Counted from the first letter of the stretch, positions 49,137 to 61,879 are shown. The stretch: DNA of 64,000 nucleotides from Squalus acanthias (GCA_030390025.1 JASTWF010000364.1:248001-312000), one strand, 5' to 3'. Translations and numbers: made by a program. Notes: generated by a model not told the origin, from the letters alone.

Positions 49137-52100
49137 AATTAATAATCTTGTTATGCGGGGTCCTTTAGGGAAGAGTGACCAAAACATGATACAATTCTTC
49201 ATTAAGATGGGAAATGCGGGGTGAACCTTTGGAATTCTCTACCCCAGAGGGCTGTGGAGGCTCAGTCATTGGGTATATTCAAAACAGAAGTCGATAGATT
49301 TCTGACTAGTAAGGGCATCAAGGGATATGGCGACAGGGCCGGTGAATGGAGTTGATGCAGAAGATCAGCCATGATCTCATTGAATGGCAGAGCAGGCTCG
49401 AAGGGCCGAATGGCCTACTCCTGCTCCTATTTATGTTCTTATGAAGAAGTCCAATCCGAAAGTCGTAAATCTAAACAAAGGAAATTACGAAGGTATGAGG
49501 AGTGAGTTGGCTATGATAGATTGGGGAGCTTCATTAAAAGGCATGATGGTGGATAGGCAATGGCTAACATTTAAGAAACGAATGCATGAATTGCAACAGT
49601 TATACATTCCAACCATGGCTAACAAAAGAAATTAAGGATAGTATTAGATCCAAAGAGGAGTCATATAAAGTTGCCAGAAAAAGTAGCAAGCCTGAGGATT
49701 GGGACCAGTTTAGAGTTCAGCAAAAAAGGACCAAGTGATTGATTAAGAGGGGAAAAATAGAGTATGAGAGTAAACTTGCAAAGAACATAAAAGCGGATTG
49801 TAAAAGCTTCTACAAATATGTAAAAAGGAAAAGATTAATGAAGACAAATGTAGGTCCCTTACAGTCAGAAACAGGAGAATTTATAATGGGGGACAAGGAA
49901 ATGGCTGAGCAATTAAACAAGTACTTTGGTTCTGTCTTCATGGAAGAGGACACAAATAACTTCCCAGAAATGCTAGGGACTTCCCAGAAATGCTAGGGAA
50001 CAAGTGTCTAGTGAGAAGGAGGAATTAAAGGAAATTAGTATTAGTAAAAAAAAAAGTGCTGGAGAAATTAATGGGACTGAAAGCCGATAAATCCCCAGGG
50101 CCTGATAATCTGCATCCCAGAGTACTAAAAGAGGTAGCCATGGAAATAGTGGATGCATTGGTTGTCATCTTCCAAAATTCTATAGATTATGGAACAGTTG
50201 CTGCAGATTGGAGGGTGGCAAATCTAACCCCACTATTTAAAAAAGGAGGGAGAGAGAAAACAGGGAACTACAGACCGGTTAGCCTAACATCAGTAGTAGG
50301 GAAAATGCTAGAGTCTATTATAAAGGATGTGATAACAGGACACTTAGAAAATATCAACGGGATTAGACAAAGTCAACATGGATTTATGAAAGGGAAATCG
50401 TGTTTGACAAATCTACTGGAGTTTTTTGAGGATGTAACTGGTAGAATAGATAAGGGAGAACCAGTGGATGTGGTGTATTTGGATTTTCAGAAAGCCTTTG
50501 ATAAAGTCCCACATAAGAGGTTAGTGTGCAAAATTAAAGCACATGGGATTGGGGGTAATATACTGGCATGGATTGAAAATTGGTTAACAGACAGGAAACA
50601 GAGAGTAGGAATAAATGGGTCTTTTTCGGGATGGCAGTCGGTGACTATTGGGGTACCGCAAGGATCAGTGCTTGGGCCCCAGCTATTCACAATATATATC
50701 AATGATTTGGATGAGGGAACCAAATGTAATATTTCCAAGTTTGCTGACGACATGAAACTAGGTGGGATTGTGAGTTGTGAGGAGGATGCAAAAAGGCTTC
50801 AAGGCGATTTAGACAAGTTGAGGGAGTGGGCAAATACATGGCAGATGCAGTATAATGTGGATAAATGTGAAGTTATCCACTTCGGTAGGAAAAACAGAAA
50901 GGTAGAGTATTATTTAAATGGTGATCGACTGGGAAATGTTGATATACAGAGGGACCTTGGTATCCTTGTACACCAGTCACTGAAAGCAAACATGCAGGTG
51001 CAGCAAGAAGTTAGGAAGGCAAATGGTATGTTGGCCTTCATTGCAAGAGGATTTGAGTACAGGAGCAAGGATGTCTTACTACAGTTATACAGGGCCTTGG
51101 TGAGACCACACCTGGAGTACTGTGTGCAGTTTTGGTCTTACCTAAGAAAGGATATACTTGCCATAGAGGGAGTGCAGCGAAGGTTCACCAGACTGATTCC
51201 TGGGATGGCAGGACTGTCGTATGAGGAGAGATTGGGTCGACTAGGCCTGTATTCACTAGAGTTTAGAAGAATGAGAGGGGATCTCATTGAAACGTATAAA
51301 ATTTGGACAGGGCTAGACAGACAGGGAGGATGTTTCACCTGGCTGGGGGGTCTAGAACGAGGGGTCACAGTCTCAGGATACGGGGTAGGACATTTAGAAC
51401 TGAGATGAGGAGAAATTTCTTCACTGAGGGTGGTGAACCTGTGGAATTCTCTACCACAGAGGGCTGTGGAGGCCAAGTCACTGAATATATTTAAGGAGGA
51501 GATAGATAGATTTCTAGACACAAAAGACAGCAAGGGGTATGGGGAGAGAGCAGGAATATGGTATTGAGACAGAGGTTCAGCCATGATCATATTGAATGGC
51601 GGAGCAGGCTCGAAGGGCCGACTCCTGCTACTATTTTTCTATGTTTCTATGAGATGGGAGGTAAAGCAGGAAATCGCAGAGATATGCAAGAGCTATAGAG
51701 TGGCGATATTGGGGGAATTTAATTACTCAAATATTGATTGGGATAATGCTAGGGTAAAGAGAAAGGAGGGTGAGGAATTTCTGAAATGTACTCAGGAGAA
51801 TTTCCTTCACCAGTATGTTCTTGGCCTAACTAGGAAGGAGGCATTGCTGGATCTGGTGCTGGGGAATGAGGTGGGAGAACACTTGGGTACGAGTGATCAT
51901 CGTATCATAAGATTTAGATTAGCAATGGAGAGGAGCAAGGAACAATCTAGAGTGAACTTGACTAAACTTGAATAGGACTAACTTCAGTGGGATGCAAAAG
52001 GATCTAGATCTCCCAGTCGGCCACACACATCTGCATCACACAGGTTACCAATGCCCTCTTTGCAAAGACGCACAATTACATCTACTTTTCCACAGATGGC

Positions 52101-52423
52101 CCAAGTGTGACCGCGCATACGGTTGGTTTTGGCAATATGGCAGGCTTGCCAAGGGTACAGGATGTCATAGACTGCACACATGTAGCCATTAGGGCCCCCT
52201 ATCACAACCCAGCTGTATGTCACCCGCAAGGGATTCCACTCCCTGAACGTCCAGCTGGTGTGTAACCACAGGAAGATCATTATGCATGTTTGTGCAAAGT
52301 ACCCTGGCAGTTGCCATGACTCCTTCATCCTACGTCAGTCTACTGTGCCTCAGCTTTTACATCCACCAACCCAACTTTCCAGATGGCTTTTTGGCGACAA
52401 GGGCTATCCCCTGACACAGTGGC

Positions 52424-53237
52424 AACCTCTGCAAGACATGCCAGATCATCAACACAGATACCATCATCACACGTGAGGACGCTACCCACCAGGTACATGG
52501 TACATACTCATGTGACTCGGCCAACATTGTCTACCTCATACGTTGCAGGAAAGGATGCACTGCAGCATGGTACATCGGCGAGACCATGCAGACACTGCAA
52601 CAACGTATGAACGGACACCGCGCAACAATCGCCAGGCAGGATTGTTACCTCCCAGTCGGGGAACACTTCAGCAGTCAAGGACATTCAGCCTCGGATCTGC
52701 GGGTAAGCGTCTCCAAGGCGGCCTTCGAGACACACGACAACACAAAATCATCGAGCAGAAACTGATAGCCAAGTTCTGCACCCATGAGGACGGCCTCAAC
52801 CGGGATCTTGGGTTCATGTCACGCTACATGACGTAGAGTCATCCAGACTCAAGTCGTCGTTGGCTTGTTCACAGATGTGATTTCCAGTAAAAAAAAGTAA
52901 AAAGTTTAAAGTTTTTGGTTTTCCATACTGACTGCAGCATTTGACACATTAGACCCCCTGTGACCCCACCTCATTGTCTCAGTTGTATCTTGCTATGTCT
53001 TTGATGTGGTGCCTTCCTGGCTGACCTGATTGTTTCTCTGCCGAGGTGTGACAAAAGGCAGTCAGAAAGATTAACTGTAGTCGTCTGAGATTGTACGCTA
53101 CACAGGCATTGTTCTCTGACTATATATGATGTGCCGATTTGTATTTCTTCACTTCACCTGACGAAGGAGCAGCAGCTCCGAAAGCTTGTGATTTCAAATA
53201 AAACTGTTGGACTATAACCTGGTGTTGTGCGACTTCT
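52424..53237 (+). mobile_element. 5'-truncated Penelope-like retroelement (GIY-YIG endonuclease and 3' pseudo-LTR) inside the Harbinger transposase
   Basis: NLCKTC..YSCDSANIVYLIRCRKGCTAAWYIGETMQTLQQRMNGHR..PVGEHF..EQKLI..GLNRDLG; AATAAA 53197-53202; CACAGTGGC repeated at 52415-52423 and 53238-53246. Confidence 0.88.
53154..53191 (+). ncRNA. Minimal type I hammerhead ribozyme motif in the Penelope pseudo-LTR
   Basis: TCAC-CTGACGA-A-GGAGC-AGCA-GCTCC-GAAA-GC-TT-GTGA: stem I TCAC/GTGA, core CTGAnGA..GAAA, stem II GGAGC/GCTCC, loopless palindromic helix III (AAGCTT). Confidence 0.75.
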
Positions 53238-53824
53238 CACAGTGGCTTATGACACCGATGAGGAGGCCATCAAATGAGGCTGAGGAGCGGTCCAATGTCA
53301 GCCACATATCCACCAGAAGCATCATCGAGCAAACCATCAGCTTGCTCAAAATGCACTTCCGATGCCTGGACAGATCTGGTGGAGCCCAACAGTACTCAGC
53401 AGCCAGGGTGTCCAGAATCATCGTGATCTGCTGAGCCTTGAACATGGCACAGCAGCGCGGCTTAGTGCTGCCGGAGGAACAAGTGGCTCAGCACACGGCC
53501 TCCTCGGAGGAAGAGAAAGAGGACGAGGATGAAGAGGACAAGGAGCGACACCCTGCAGGGCCAGATGTGGCCAATCCAGCAGCAGGCGACCACATTGCTG
53601 GCCGTCAGGCAAGGGACGCACTCAGCCATGCCAGATTCACGTAAGCTTACGCTTCAACCACAGGTGGCTGGCACATGGAGATGAATATAAGTCTGACATC
53701 CTCAAAACCCCAGGCATCATCTGTCCAATAAACGGTGGTTTGCGCTCAGTGTCACCACCAACATTCTGAATGGAATTCTCCGAGCCCTCACTCTTGAACT
53801 TCCATTTCCCAGAACACAGAGGCC

Positions 53825-54051
53825 ACACTTTAGGTGATCTCAGCAGATCATTAAACCTTTTGAGACACTGAACCCATGACCGTCTGCACACAGACCTCGA
53901 GCTCACCGCAGCAACTTGCAGCCAAGCTGCCTTGGATTGCTGAGGAGGCGTTTCCAGGGAAGAGGATCTCCTGACGTCCTCTAACTCCCTCAAGAGCCTG
54001 GAGGGAGTCCTCATTGAACCTGGGCCCAGCCTTAGATTCTGGGGCTGCCAT
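53825..54051 (-). pseudogene. Harbinger Myb/SANT-like (NAIF1/MSANTD-like) DNA-binding protein remnant
   Basis: MAAPESKAGPRFNEDSLQALEGVRGRQEILFP / SKAAWLQVAAVSSRSVCRRSWVQCLKRFNDL with a frameshift; convergent with the transposase. Confidence 0.82.
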
Positions 54052-54383
54052 TCCTGCAGAAGCCAGCACTTGAGGAAAAAAGCTAATGCTTCTGCAAAGG
54101 GGACACGGTCCCTTTAAATATTTCCTGAAACAACGCGTCCGAGGCGAGAACCTGACACTCTGCGAGCAATTGCCTGGAGGGACCCGCACCTCGGCCGTAA
54201 CCAGACCAATCAAACTGAAATCTCATCTGCGGGGCGGCGACATCCGGGAGCGGGTCCGCCATCAACCCACCTCCTTTATTGAAATCACGCCCAGAGAATG
54301 AGAGAAGGAGGGAGTCAAATGTAAAGAGGGAGCAAGTTTGCAGAATGAACAAGTTCAGAAGAGCACTGACCTTGGTATCGATC

Positions 54384-54444
<61 letters not shown>

Positions 54445-55020
54445 GAGACAGAGACAGAGAGAGAGACAGACAGAGACAGAGAGAGAGAGAGACAGAGACA
54501 GAGAGAGAGAGAGACAGAGACAGAGAGAGAGAGAGACAGAGACAGAGAGAGAGACAGACAGAGACAGAGAGAGACAGAGAGAGAGAGACAGAGAGACAGA
54601 CAGAGAGAGAGAGACAGAGAGAGACAGACACAGAGAGAGAGAGACAGACAGAGAGACAGACAGAGACAGACAGAGAGAGAGAGACAGACAGACAGACAGA
54701 GAGAGACAGAGAGAGACAGACACAGAGAGAGAGACAGACAGAGAGACAGACAGAGAGAGACAGACACAGAGAGACACAGACAGACAGAGAGACAGACAGA
54801 CGAGACAGACAGACAGCCAGACACAGAGAGACAGACAGACAGCCAGACACAGAGAGACAGACAGACAGCCAGACACAGAGAGACAGACAGACAGCCAGAC
54901 ACAGACAGACAGCCAGACACAGACAGACAGCCAGACACAGACAGCCAGACACAGACAGACAGCCAGACACAGACAGACAGCCAGACACAGACAGACAGAC
55001 AGCCAGACACAGACACAGAG
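54384..55020. repeat. GAGACA/GACA/GCCAGACACA compound microsatellite
   Basis: Visible simple repeat. Confidence 0.92.
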
Positions 55021-55070
55021 CGCTCCTGTGTGTTTGGTCTGCCAGAGCTCCAGTGCAGTGACTGTAGGGA

Positions 55071-55090
55071 CTGAGCGCCCTCTGCTGGTG
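55071..55090 (-). promoter_or_regulatory. CTCF consensus motif
   Basis: Minus strand CACCAGCAGAGGGCGCTCAG fits CCASYAGRKGGCRC. Confidence 0.5.
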
Positions 55091-55475
55091 TTGGGTATAA
55101 ATCACCCGGTTCCTTTTCCCCGTTTATTGATCCCGGTGCTTGGAGCCGCCACTCTCCTCCAAAGGGCCACCCTTACCTTCCAGTTGTGAGAAAGGGTCGT
55201 TCGGAACATTAACCCGTCTCCACTCTGTACAGACCGGCTGTGTAGTTCCAGCATTTTCCCCATTTTATTTCCACTTCTGTGTTGACGCTGTTTCACTCAC
55301 CACCTCTGCCTCCAGTCCCTGCACCCTGGTCACGATTCATCCTGTTCACTGAAGTCCTTTCCCATTAGTCCCACTTTGCCAACATCCCGAGATTATTTTT
55401 CCCAGTCCCCCAACCGAGAGGCGATTCAAGCTGAACTTTCACCCTTCACCTTTCGATCCCTGATATTTAAACAGT

Positions 55476-55904
55476 CACGGTGGCATAGTGGTTAGCACTG
55501 GTGCCTCACAGCGCCAGGGACCCGGGTTCGAATCCGGCCTCGGGTGACTGTCTGTGTGGAGTTTGCACATTCTCCCCGTGTCTGCGTGGGTTTCCTCCGG
55601 GTGCTCCGGTTTCCTCCCACAGTCCAAAAATGTGTGGGTTAGGTTGATTTGGCTATGATAAATTGACCCTTAGTGTTAGGGGGGATTAAATATGTGGGGT
55701 TATGGGGATAGGATGGGATATGTTAGGGGGAATTAAATACGTGGGGTTATGGGGGTAGGGTGGGATATGTGTACTGTGGGGATTAAAGCAGGGACAGGGT
55801 ACTGGATTTGGATGATCAGCCATGATCGTATTGAATGGCGGAGCAGGCTCGACGGGCCGAATGGCCTACTCCTGCTCCTAGATTCTATGTTTCTATGTTT
55901 CTAT
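55476..55904 (+). mobile_element. V-SINE (HE1-like), near-identical to the 17859-18286 copy
   Basis: Same A/B boxes, V-domain, internal duplication and CR1-type tail. Confidence 0.88.
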
Positions 55905-57559
55905 AAGCGCCTTGGGACGTTTCACTCCGCTTAAGGCGCTATATAAATGCCAGTAGTTGTTGTTGTACACCACTTCAGTTTGAACTCTTCACGGTCTTTG
56001 TCGATATTCCCAACACCGCTGTCCAGGTCATTAATAGTCAGTTTGCAGGTGACAGCATGACCTGTGCAAGGGTTGAGATGGTCGAGGACTGCAATCCATT
56101 CCAGAAAGATTGAGATGTGCTCGGGGAGTGAACAATTAGTGTCATGCATGTTGGGCCAACACTGAATACACGCGTCATTTACAGGGAACCAGAGTGAAAA
56201 AGGTCGAGTGTGAAAAAGATCTGGTGTTATTGTGCACAGATCACTGAAGGTTCATGACCAACACAGAGAAACTGTAGGTGAAGTGAACAGGCTGTTGGGT
56301 TGTATTAATAGTACAGTAAGAATGAAAGAGCACCATTGACACTGTACAGGTCGCTGGTCAGACCGCACCTGGAGTACTGTGCCCAGTTTTGTTCCCCTCA
56401 CATGGCGGGTGATACAGTGGCCTTAGACCAAGGTCCTTGAGCCCGAGTAGCTGATGTTCTTTAAGCTAGGAATCACTCCTGTAGCACTCCTCTGGACCTT
56501 TTTCATTTACTTTAGAGCAGCGTAGACTGGTGAGCTGATCGAGGTCTATAAAATAATGAAAGGGCTGGACAGCATGCCTATTGATAGATTGGGGAGGACC
56601 AGGGGACAGGAGTTTAAACGGAGATTGGAATAGGCTGGGAGTTGGGTGGTTTGCCTTTCCCCAGAGTCTCTGGAACATGTGCCAGCTGATGTGGAAGGTG
56701 CTGACTTTCTGCCTTCGAGAGGGAGCTCGACCCGGTCCTAACTGGGGCAGAGCCTGCATCATAGAGGTGGTCAGAGTCTTTACAGATAACACATGGTCCA
56801 TGTGATCTCCAGGACTGGCTGCCATTGTCTTAGGAGCTGCCCTTTCACCCCATCCATCAACTTCAGGAAGAGAATCAGACAACCCCGAGACATCAGCTGA
56901 TAACCTAACCCCTGCACTTTGACCCCACTGCTCTCTCGATGGCCAATCTCAAAAGGTCTTCAGTTACATCCCCACCCAATCTCTGCCACCTTTCTTCATT
57001 GAGGCGATACCATTGGGAATTGATGCTTCCGACTCTGGCCTCCCCAGACCTCCTGGACCCCTTTTGTTCCTGGTTCCTGGAACCCCCTCATTTCCTCTCC
57101 ATCAGGAGCTGCCATTGCAATGTTGGAGTTCCTGTATTCTCTCTTTCTCTTCCCCCCACCCCACTGATGGGCAGAAATGGGAGACGAGATTTCAGAGACT
57201 CCTGGCACTTTGCTCAATTGCTGGAGGAATGTTGCAGGTTTTCTTCTCGTTCTGGACTTTTGTTGCGCCCCCCGGATTAGATTGGAGAGGAGGATAAAGG
57301 AAAAGGCGATTAAAGGGATGTGGGAACAGGGTGGGTCAATGTGTTTCGAACTATTTGCTCAGAGGGTGAAGGCCGACAGACTGGTTGGGCCGAATGGCCT
57401 GTTTCCATGTTGTAACTTCTGTGCATGTCCCCTTCTGATTGGTGGAGAAGCATGTGGTGCGGGGTGGGGGGAGCCAAGATAAGTATTCAGAGTGCTGGAG
57501 GGGGGGAGGGGAGTACTGTTGGCCAGATGTAAAACAGAGAAAGAGATAGAAAGACCTTG

Positions 57560-57760
57560 GGCTTACCCTCACTGCTCTGGTCAGGTCATTGAATTGCTTC
57601 CTGCACTGAACCCGTGTTCTGGGGGCGATGCGGTGGATCATTTCTCTCCAGACTCGATGTAGAGTTTGTTTGGGCACCATCCTCCCCAACCGAGGACCAC
57701 CCCGGAAGCATCCGGAGAACTTTGGGGCTTGTTCCCGGCTCCTCTTTGCTATTCAGACAT
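57560..57760 (-). pseudogene. Third Harbinger Myb/SANT-like remnant
   Basis: APKFS..TLHRVWREM..APRTRVQCRKQFNDLTRAVR followed by a GTAAG donor-like site. Confidence 0.6.
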
Positions 57761-59155
57761 CTCCAACAAAGCCAGAGACAGATTTCAGCCTCCCTTTAAA
57801 TCCAATCCCACCCTACAAGGATTGGATAGGTAGCCAGCCAATCAAATGCTAGTGAGGCCCGGCAGTTAAAGCCATCTGGCCCTCCCACAGACGTCAGGCA
57901 GGACCCATCCCCCGCCCAGAACTTTGCCAGAGGTGGGGGTGGGTTTATGAGGGGAGTAGTCTATCGATCGGAAGGGAAAAGTGGATAAATATTTGAAGCA
58001 GAGGAAGATACAGGGATATGAGAGAGTAGATTAGTTTCAGATCCACCAAAAAAGCCAGCACAGACACGATGGGCTGAATGGCCTCCTCCTTTGCTTAAGC
58101 TTCTAGGATTGGGTGGTGCGGGGGAGGGTGTAGTAGGTATTTACTATGAAGCAGCAAGCGGGGTTCTAGTTTGTATTGCTAGGACAGTAGAGTACAAAGT
58201 TCAATACTTACACTACTCTCCACTTGCCTGGATGAGTGCAGCTCCAACAACACTCAAGAAGCTCGACACCATCTAGGACAAAGCAGCCCGCTTGATTGGC
58301 ACCCCATCCACCACCTTAAACATTCACTCCCTCCACCACCGGTGTACCGTGGCTGCAGTGTGTACCATCCACAAGATGCACTGCAGCAACTCGCCAAGGC
58401 TTCTTCGGCAGCACCTCCCAAACCCGCGACCTCTTCCACCTAGAAGGGCAGCAAGCGCATGGGAACACCACCACCTCTAAGTTCCCACCCAGTCACACAC
58501 CATCCCGACTTGGAAATATATCGCCGATCCTTCATCATCGCTGGGTCAAAATATGGAACTCCCTCCCTAACAGCACCTGTGGGAGTACCTTCACCACACG
58601 GACTGCAGCGGTTCAAGAAGGCAGCTCACCACCACCTTCTCAAGGGCAACTAGTGATGGGCAATAAATGCTGGACTTGCCAGCGACGCCCACATCCTGTA
58701 ACCGAACAAGGCTCTGGTACGTCAGTGCTTGGAGTACAGTGTCTGACTTTGATCCCTGCACATGAAGGTAGGAGAGAGGGAGTCCAGAGAGGGGCAGAAG
58801 AGATTGAATCAAGAGTTAGGGCTATTTAATTTAGAGAGATACTGGCTTAGGAGATGAGATGAGTGAGGTTTCTGAAGTGAAGGGATTGGACTCAGCCCTG
58901 TTGGACAAGTTAGTGGAATCCAATAGGTTTGGCAGGACCAGCTGTCACACCTGTAAAATCTGTAGGTTTGGTGCCAGGAAGTACAGACTAACATCCAGAA
59001 TACGAAGTTACTACAATCCTTGAAAAAAGGACAACAGATTCCTGAAAGACCAGGAAAGTTGTTGAGGGTCAGTGTCTGGGATTGTGATCAGTGGCGGAGG
59101 CAAATCTTGGGCCAGCCTGACCTACCATCAGCATCACATGATATTCGTGTCAATA

Positions 59156-60538
59156 CAGGAATCCCGCCCCAACCACGGCTTTGTCAGACGCGGATTTCAA
59201 GTATACACGGTTTCCTCTCAGCGACAAATTTTTGCCAACCGCGGCAGTGAATTTTGCGTATACCCGGTTTTTAATTTTCAAGATTCACAGGGTCGCGCTT
59301 CCAAACACGAGACTCCAGTCATCCACACCGCTCTTTTGAGCATATTTACTACCACGCGTGGTCCCGCTCCACTCGTGAAAATACTCTGAAGGGCAAAAAC
59401 AAAAACTATCTCCCTGTCTTTTGGCGTTCTAACCACAAGGCGTGGGTTACTGCTGCAGTCTTCATGGACTGGTTTCATAACTGTTTTGTGCATGACATGG
59501 AGCATGGTACCTTGCGAGAGAAAATCTGGCCTTCAAGGTGCTACTCATCCTCAACAATGCCCCCGGCCACCTGCCGGCACTCCAATTCGCCCACGCTAAT
59601 ATCGAAGTCGTCTTCCTGCCTCCCAACACGACATCACTCCTTCAACCCATGGACCAAGGTGTGATAGCCACCTTCAAGGCAAACTTCATACGACGCAGCT
59701 TTGACCGCATGATGGAGGCTATGGAGGATGATGCAACACTGATGGTGAAAAGCTGTTGGAAGGATTACACCATCGCTGACTGCATCACCAACATACAAGA
59801 ATCGACGGATGAACTGAAGAGGACACAACGCCTGCTGGGCTAAACTTTGGAAGGAGACAGTGAATGACTTCCGAGGCTTCCCTACAATTGACGCTGAAGT
59901 TCAGCGCATTGTGAAGGTTGCGCGACGTTTGGGAGGCGAGGGGCTGGCCGACATAGAGCCTGATGACATCGAGGAGCTCCTTGAGTCGCACAGCGAGGAG
60001 TTGATGGAGGAGGACCTTGAAGAGCTGATACAGTATTCTAGTGAGGTAGAGGACGAGGATGAAGATGAGGATATGGTGGAGAAGTCGAAGATGACAAGTG
60101 CCAACCTTAGCAAGGCAATGCTCCTCGCTACTAATCTCTCCGACCTCTTTATGGAGATTGACCCATTCTTGGAGCGTAGTTTAAACTTCAAGCGAGGTTT
60201 GGAAGATTTAATGAGACCAGACAAGCAGGTCCAGAAAGATATTCAGAAAAAATGAGTCAACCATCCATCGCAGAATTCTTTAAGAAACCGCCCAGTTGAT
60301 GACCCAGTTGCATCAACCAGCCACAATGTCGCTTCTCCGCATTCACCCCCCTCAATTGATGATCTTTTTTATTGTGTTATTTAAAATAAAGCAACTTACT
60401 TTGGCTCTGACTAGTGTAAATGCGGCCGCGTTCCCCCAACCCCATTTTTCCCATAAGGTCTTATATTTGCCAACTGCGGTTTTACCAACCACGGGGGTTT
60501 TCAGGGATGTTTCCCCCGCGGTTGGGGAGGGATTACTG
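59156..60538 (+). mobile_element. Internally deleted Tigger/pogo (Tc1/mariner) DNA transposon
   Basis: TA on both sides; 23-bp TIRs CAGGAATCCCGCCCCAACCACGG / rc CAGTAATCCCTCCCCAACCGCGG (20/23); LPVFWRSNHKAWVT..DWF..LLILNNAPGH..VVFLPPNTTSLLQPMDQGVIATFK; N-terminal HTH missing. Confidence 0.9.
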
Positions 60539-60579
60539 TAGTCTTAAAACTAATTAGCACGACCCAAGTTGAACCAGAG

Positions 60580-61316
60580 GTGGTATCTCGATAGTCAGGG
60601 GGACAAGACAGGTAGTACTGCTACTGTCGACGTGAGACCTGCATGGTGCGTTGCCTCCCTGGTGCCAGGATAAGGGACATCACGGAGAGGGCGCAGAACA
60701 TTCTGCGGGGGGAAGGGGGAAGATCCAGAATTCGTGGTCTGTCTCAGAACCAACAACATAGGGAGGAAGAGGGTGGAGGTCCTGCAGTCAGAGTTTAAGG
60801 AGCTAGGGAGGAAGTTAAAATTCAATAGTAGCCTTCAAAAGGAAATTGGATAAATACTTGAAGGAGAAAAAATTACAGGGCTTTGGGGAAAGAGCAGGGA
60901 GTGGGACTAATCGGAGAGCTCTTTCAAAGAGCAGGCACAGACACGATGGGCCGAATGGCCTCCTGTGCTGTGCTTGTCTATGATTCTATGAAGTAGGGAG
61001 AAACCATTTCCTGTAGCAAGTGTGTCGGTAACAAGAAGTCATAAATTTAAAGTAATTGGCAACAGTAGAGTGAAAATGAGGAGAAATTTCTTCCACAGGA
61101 TTGTTACAATCTGGAACACACTACCTGAAAGGGCGGTGGAATCAGATTCCAGAGGAACTTGAGGCAACTGGACATGCTCTTGAAGAGGATTAATTTTGCA
61201 GGGCTATGGGGAAAGAGCAGGGGGAGTGGGATTAATTGGAGAGCTCTTTCATAGAGCCGGCACAGACACGATGGGCCGAATGGATTCCTTCTGTGCTGTG
61301 AGATTCGATGATTCTA
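60580..61316 (+). mobile_element. CR1 ORF1 esterase fragment joined to two CR1 3' tails
   Basis: CLPGARIRDITERAQNILRGEGEDPE..TNNIGRKR; two GGGCCGAATGG..ATTCTA tails. Confidence 0.7.
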
Positions 61317-61879
61317 CGTCGGTAATGACAGTGTGATGTCGGTGTGATGTGTGACAAGGTTCCTTTGGCCGTGTTGGAAATGGGACTTTGTTGCTCGATT
61401 TTAAGCATCTTTCAGTTTGATGGGGCAGTTTGGATTATTGTATTAGATTATTGACTCGTTCTATGGTTTTTCAGCTTTGTTGGTTGCTGGCTAGTGGGTT
61501 ACATTTCTCTGCCGCTTCGGATCTACGGTGACCTCCAACCTCGCGTCAACGTCGCCATCATCTTTCTGCACCGCAACCGATTCTGCAATCTCCTGGATTC
61601 TCATTCCCACAGAATAACCTCCATCCTCCAATTCTCTACCCTTCAAATAGCTTCTGCATTTCACTCGCCCGCTACACCTGTCTCCGAACTTGGACGACAG
61701 TTTGTCGATGCTTCACACTGACTCCACCCTACCTACGTCAACTTTATCCCTCCACGGGACCTCTGACTTTACCTCTGGACTCCCTACTACTGTCTCCAAC
61801 CTATTGTCTGCTTCTACCAGGAAACATGTATCCCAATAACTGTTACATAACCAGGCCTTTGTAACCTGAGGTTTCCCTG

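Larger units (their letters stand above)
43717..51650 (+). mobile_element. CR1 LINE inside the Harbinger transposase: 5' tandem array, ORF1 absent, APE, open RT (50056-51408), 3' tail; interrupted by an RTE and by a short CR1 tail (~49215-49443)
   Basis: LKALYLNA*SIRNK..AITETW..YRPPNS..MGDFN; 450-aa RT with YLDFQKAFDKV, GVPQGSVLGP, FADD; TTTCTATG tail at ~51650. A further CR1 APE fragment follows at 51651-52007. Confidence 0.88.
43365..53644 (+). pseudogene. Harbinger (HARBI1-like) DDE transposase in three pieces: 43365-43716, ~52008-52423, 53238-53644
   Basis: [127 protein letters not shown]. Catalytic D, D, E motifs present but with frameshifts and a stop. Confidence 0.88.
42864..54292 (+). 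mobile_element. PIF/Harbinger DNA transposon (transposase +, Myb/SANT-like gene -), disrupted by nested insertions
   Basis: Imperfect TIRs GGGCTCGATTTTAA / rc GGGCGTGATTTCAA; 3-bp direct repeat AGA at 42861-42863 and 54293-54295; both Harbinger genes inside. Confidence 0.8.

Noticed and set aside
50056..51408. 450-aa RT ORF as an active LINE or host gene
   Set aside because: Upstream endonuclease region is broken by stops and insertions and ORF1 is missing.
43365..54051. Domesticated HARBI1 or NAIF1 host genes
   Set aside because: Frameshifts, stop codon, multiple TE insertions and flanking TIRs indicate a dead transposon.
59290..60255. TIGD1-like host gene
   Set aside because: Frameshifted, lacks the N-terminal HTH, and bounded by TIRs and TA duplication.
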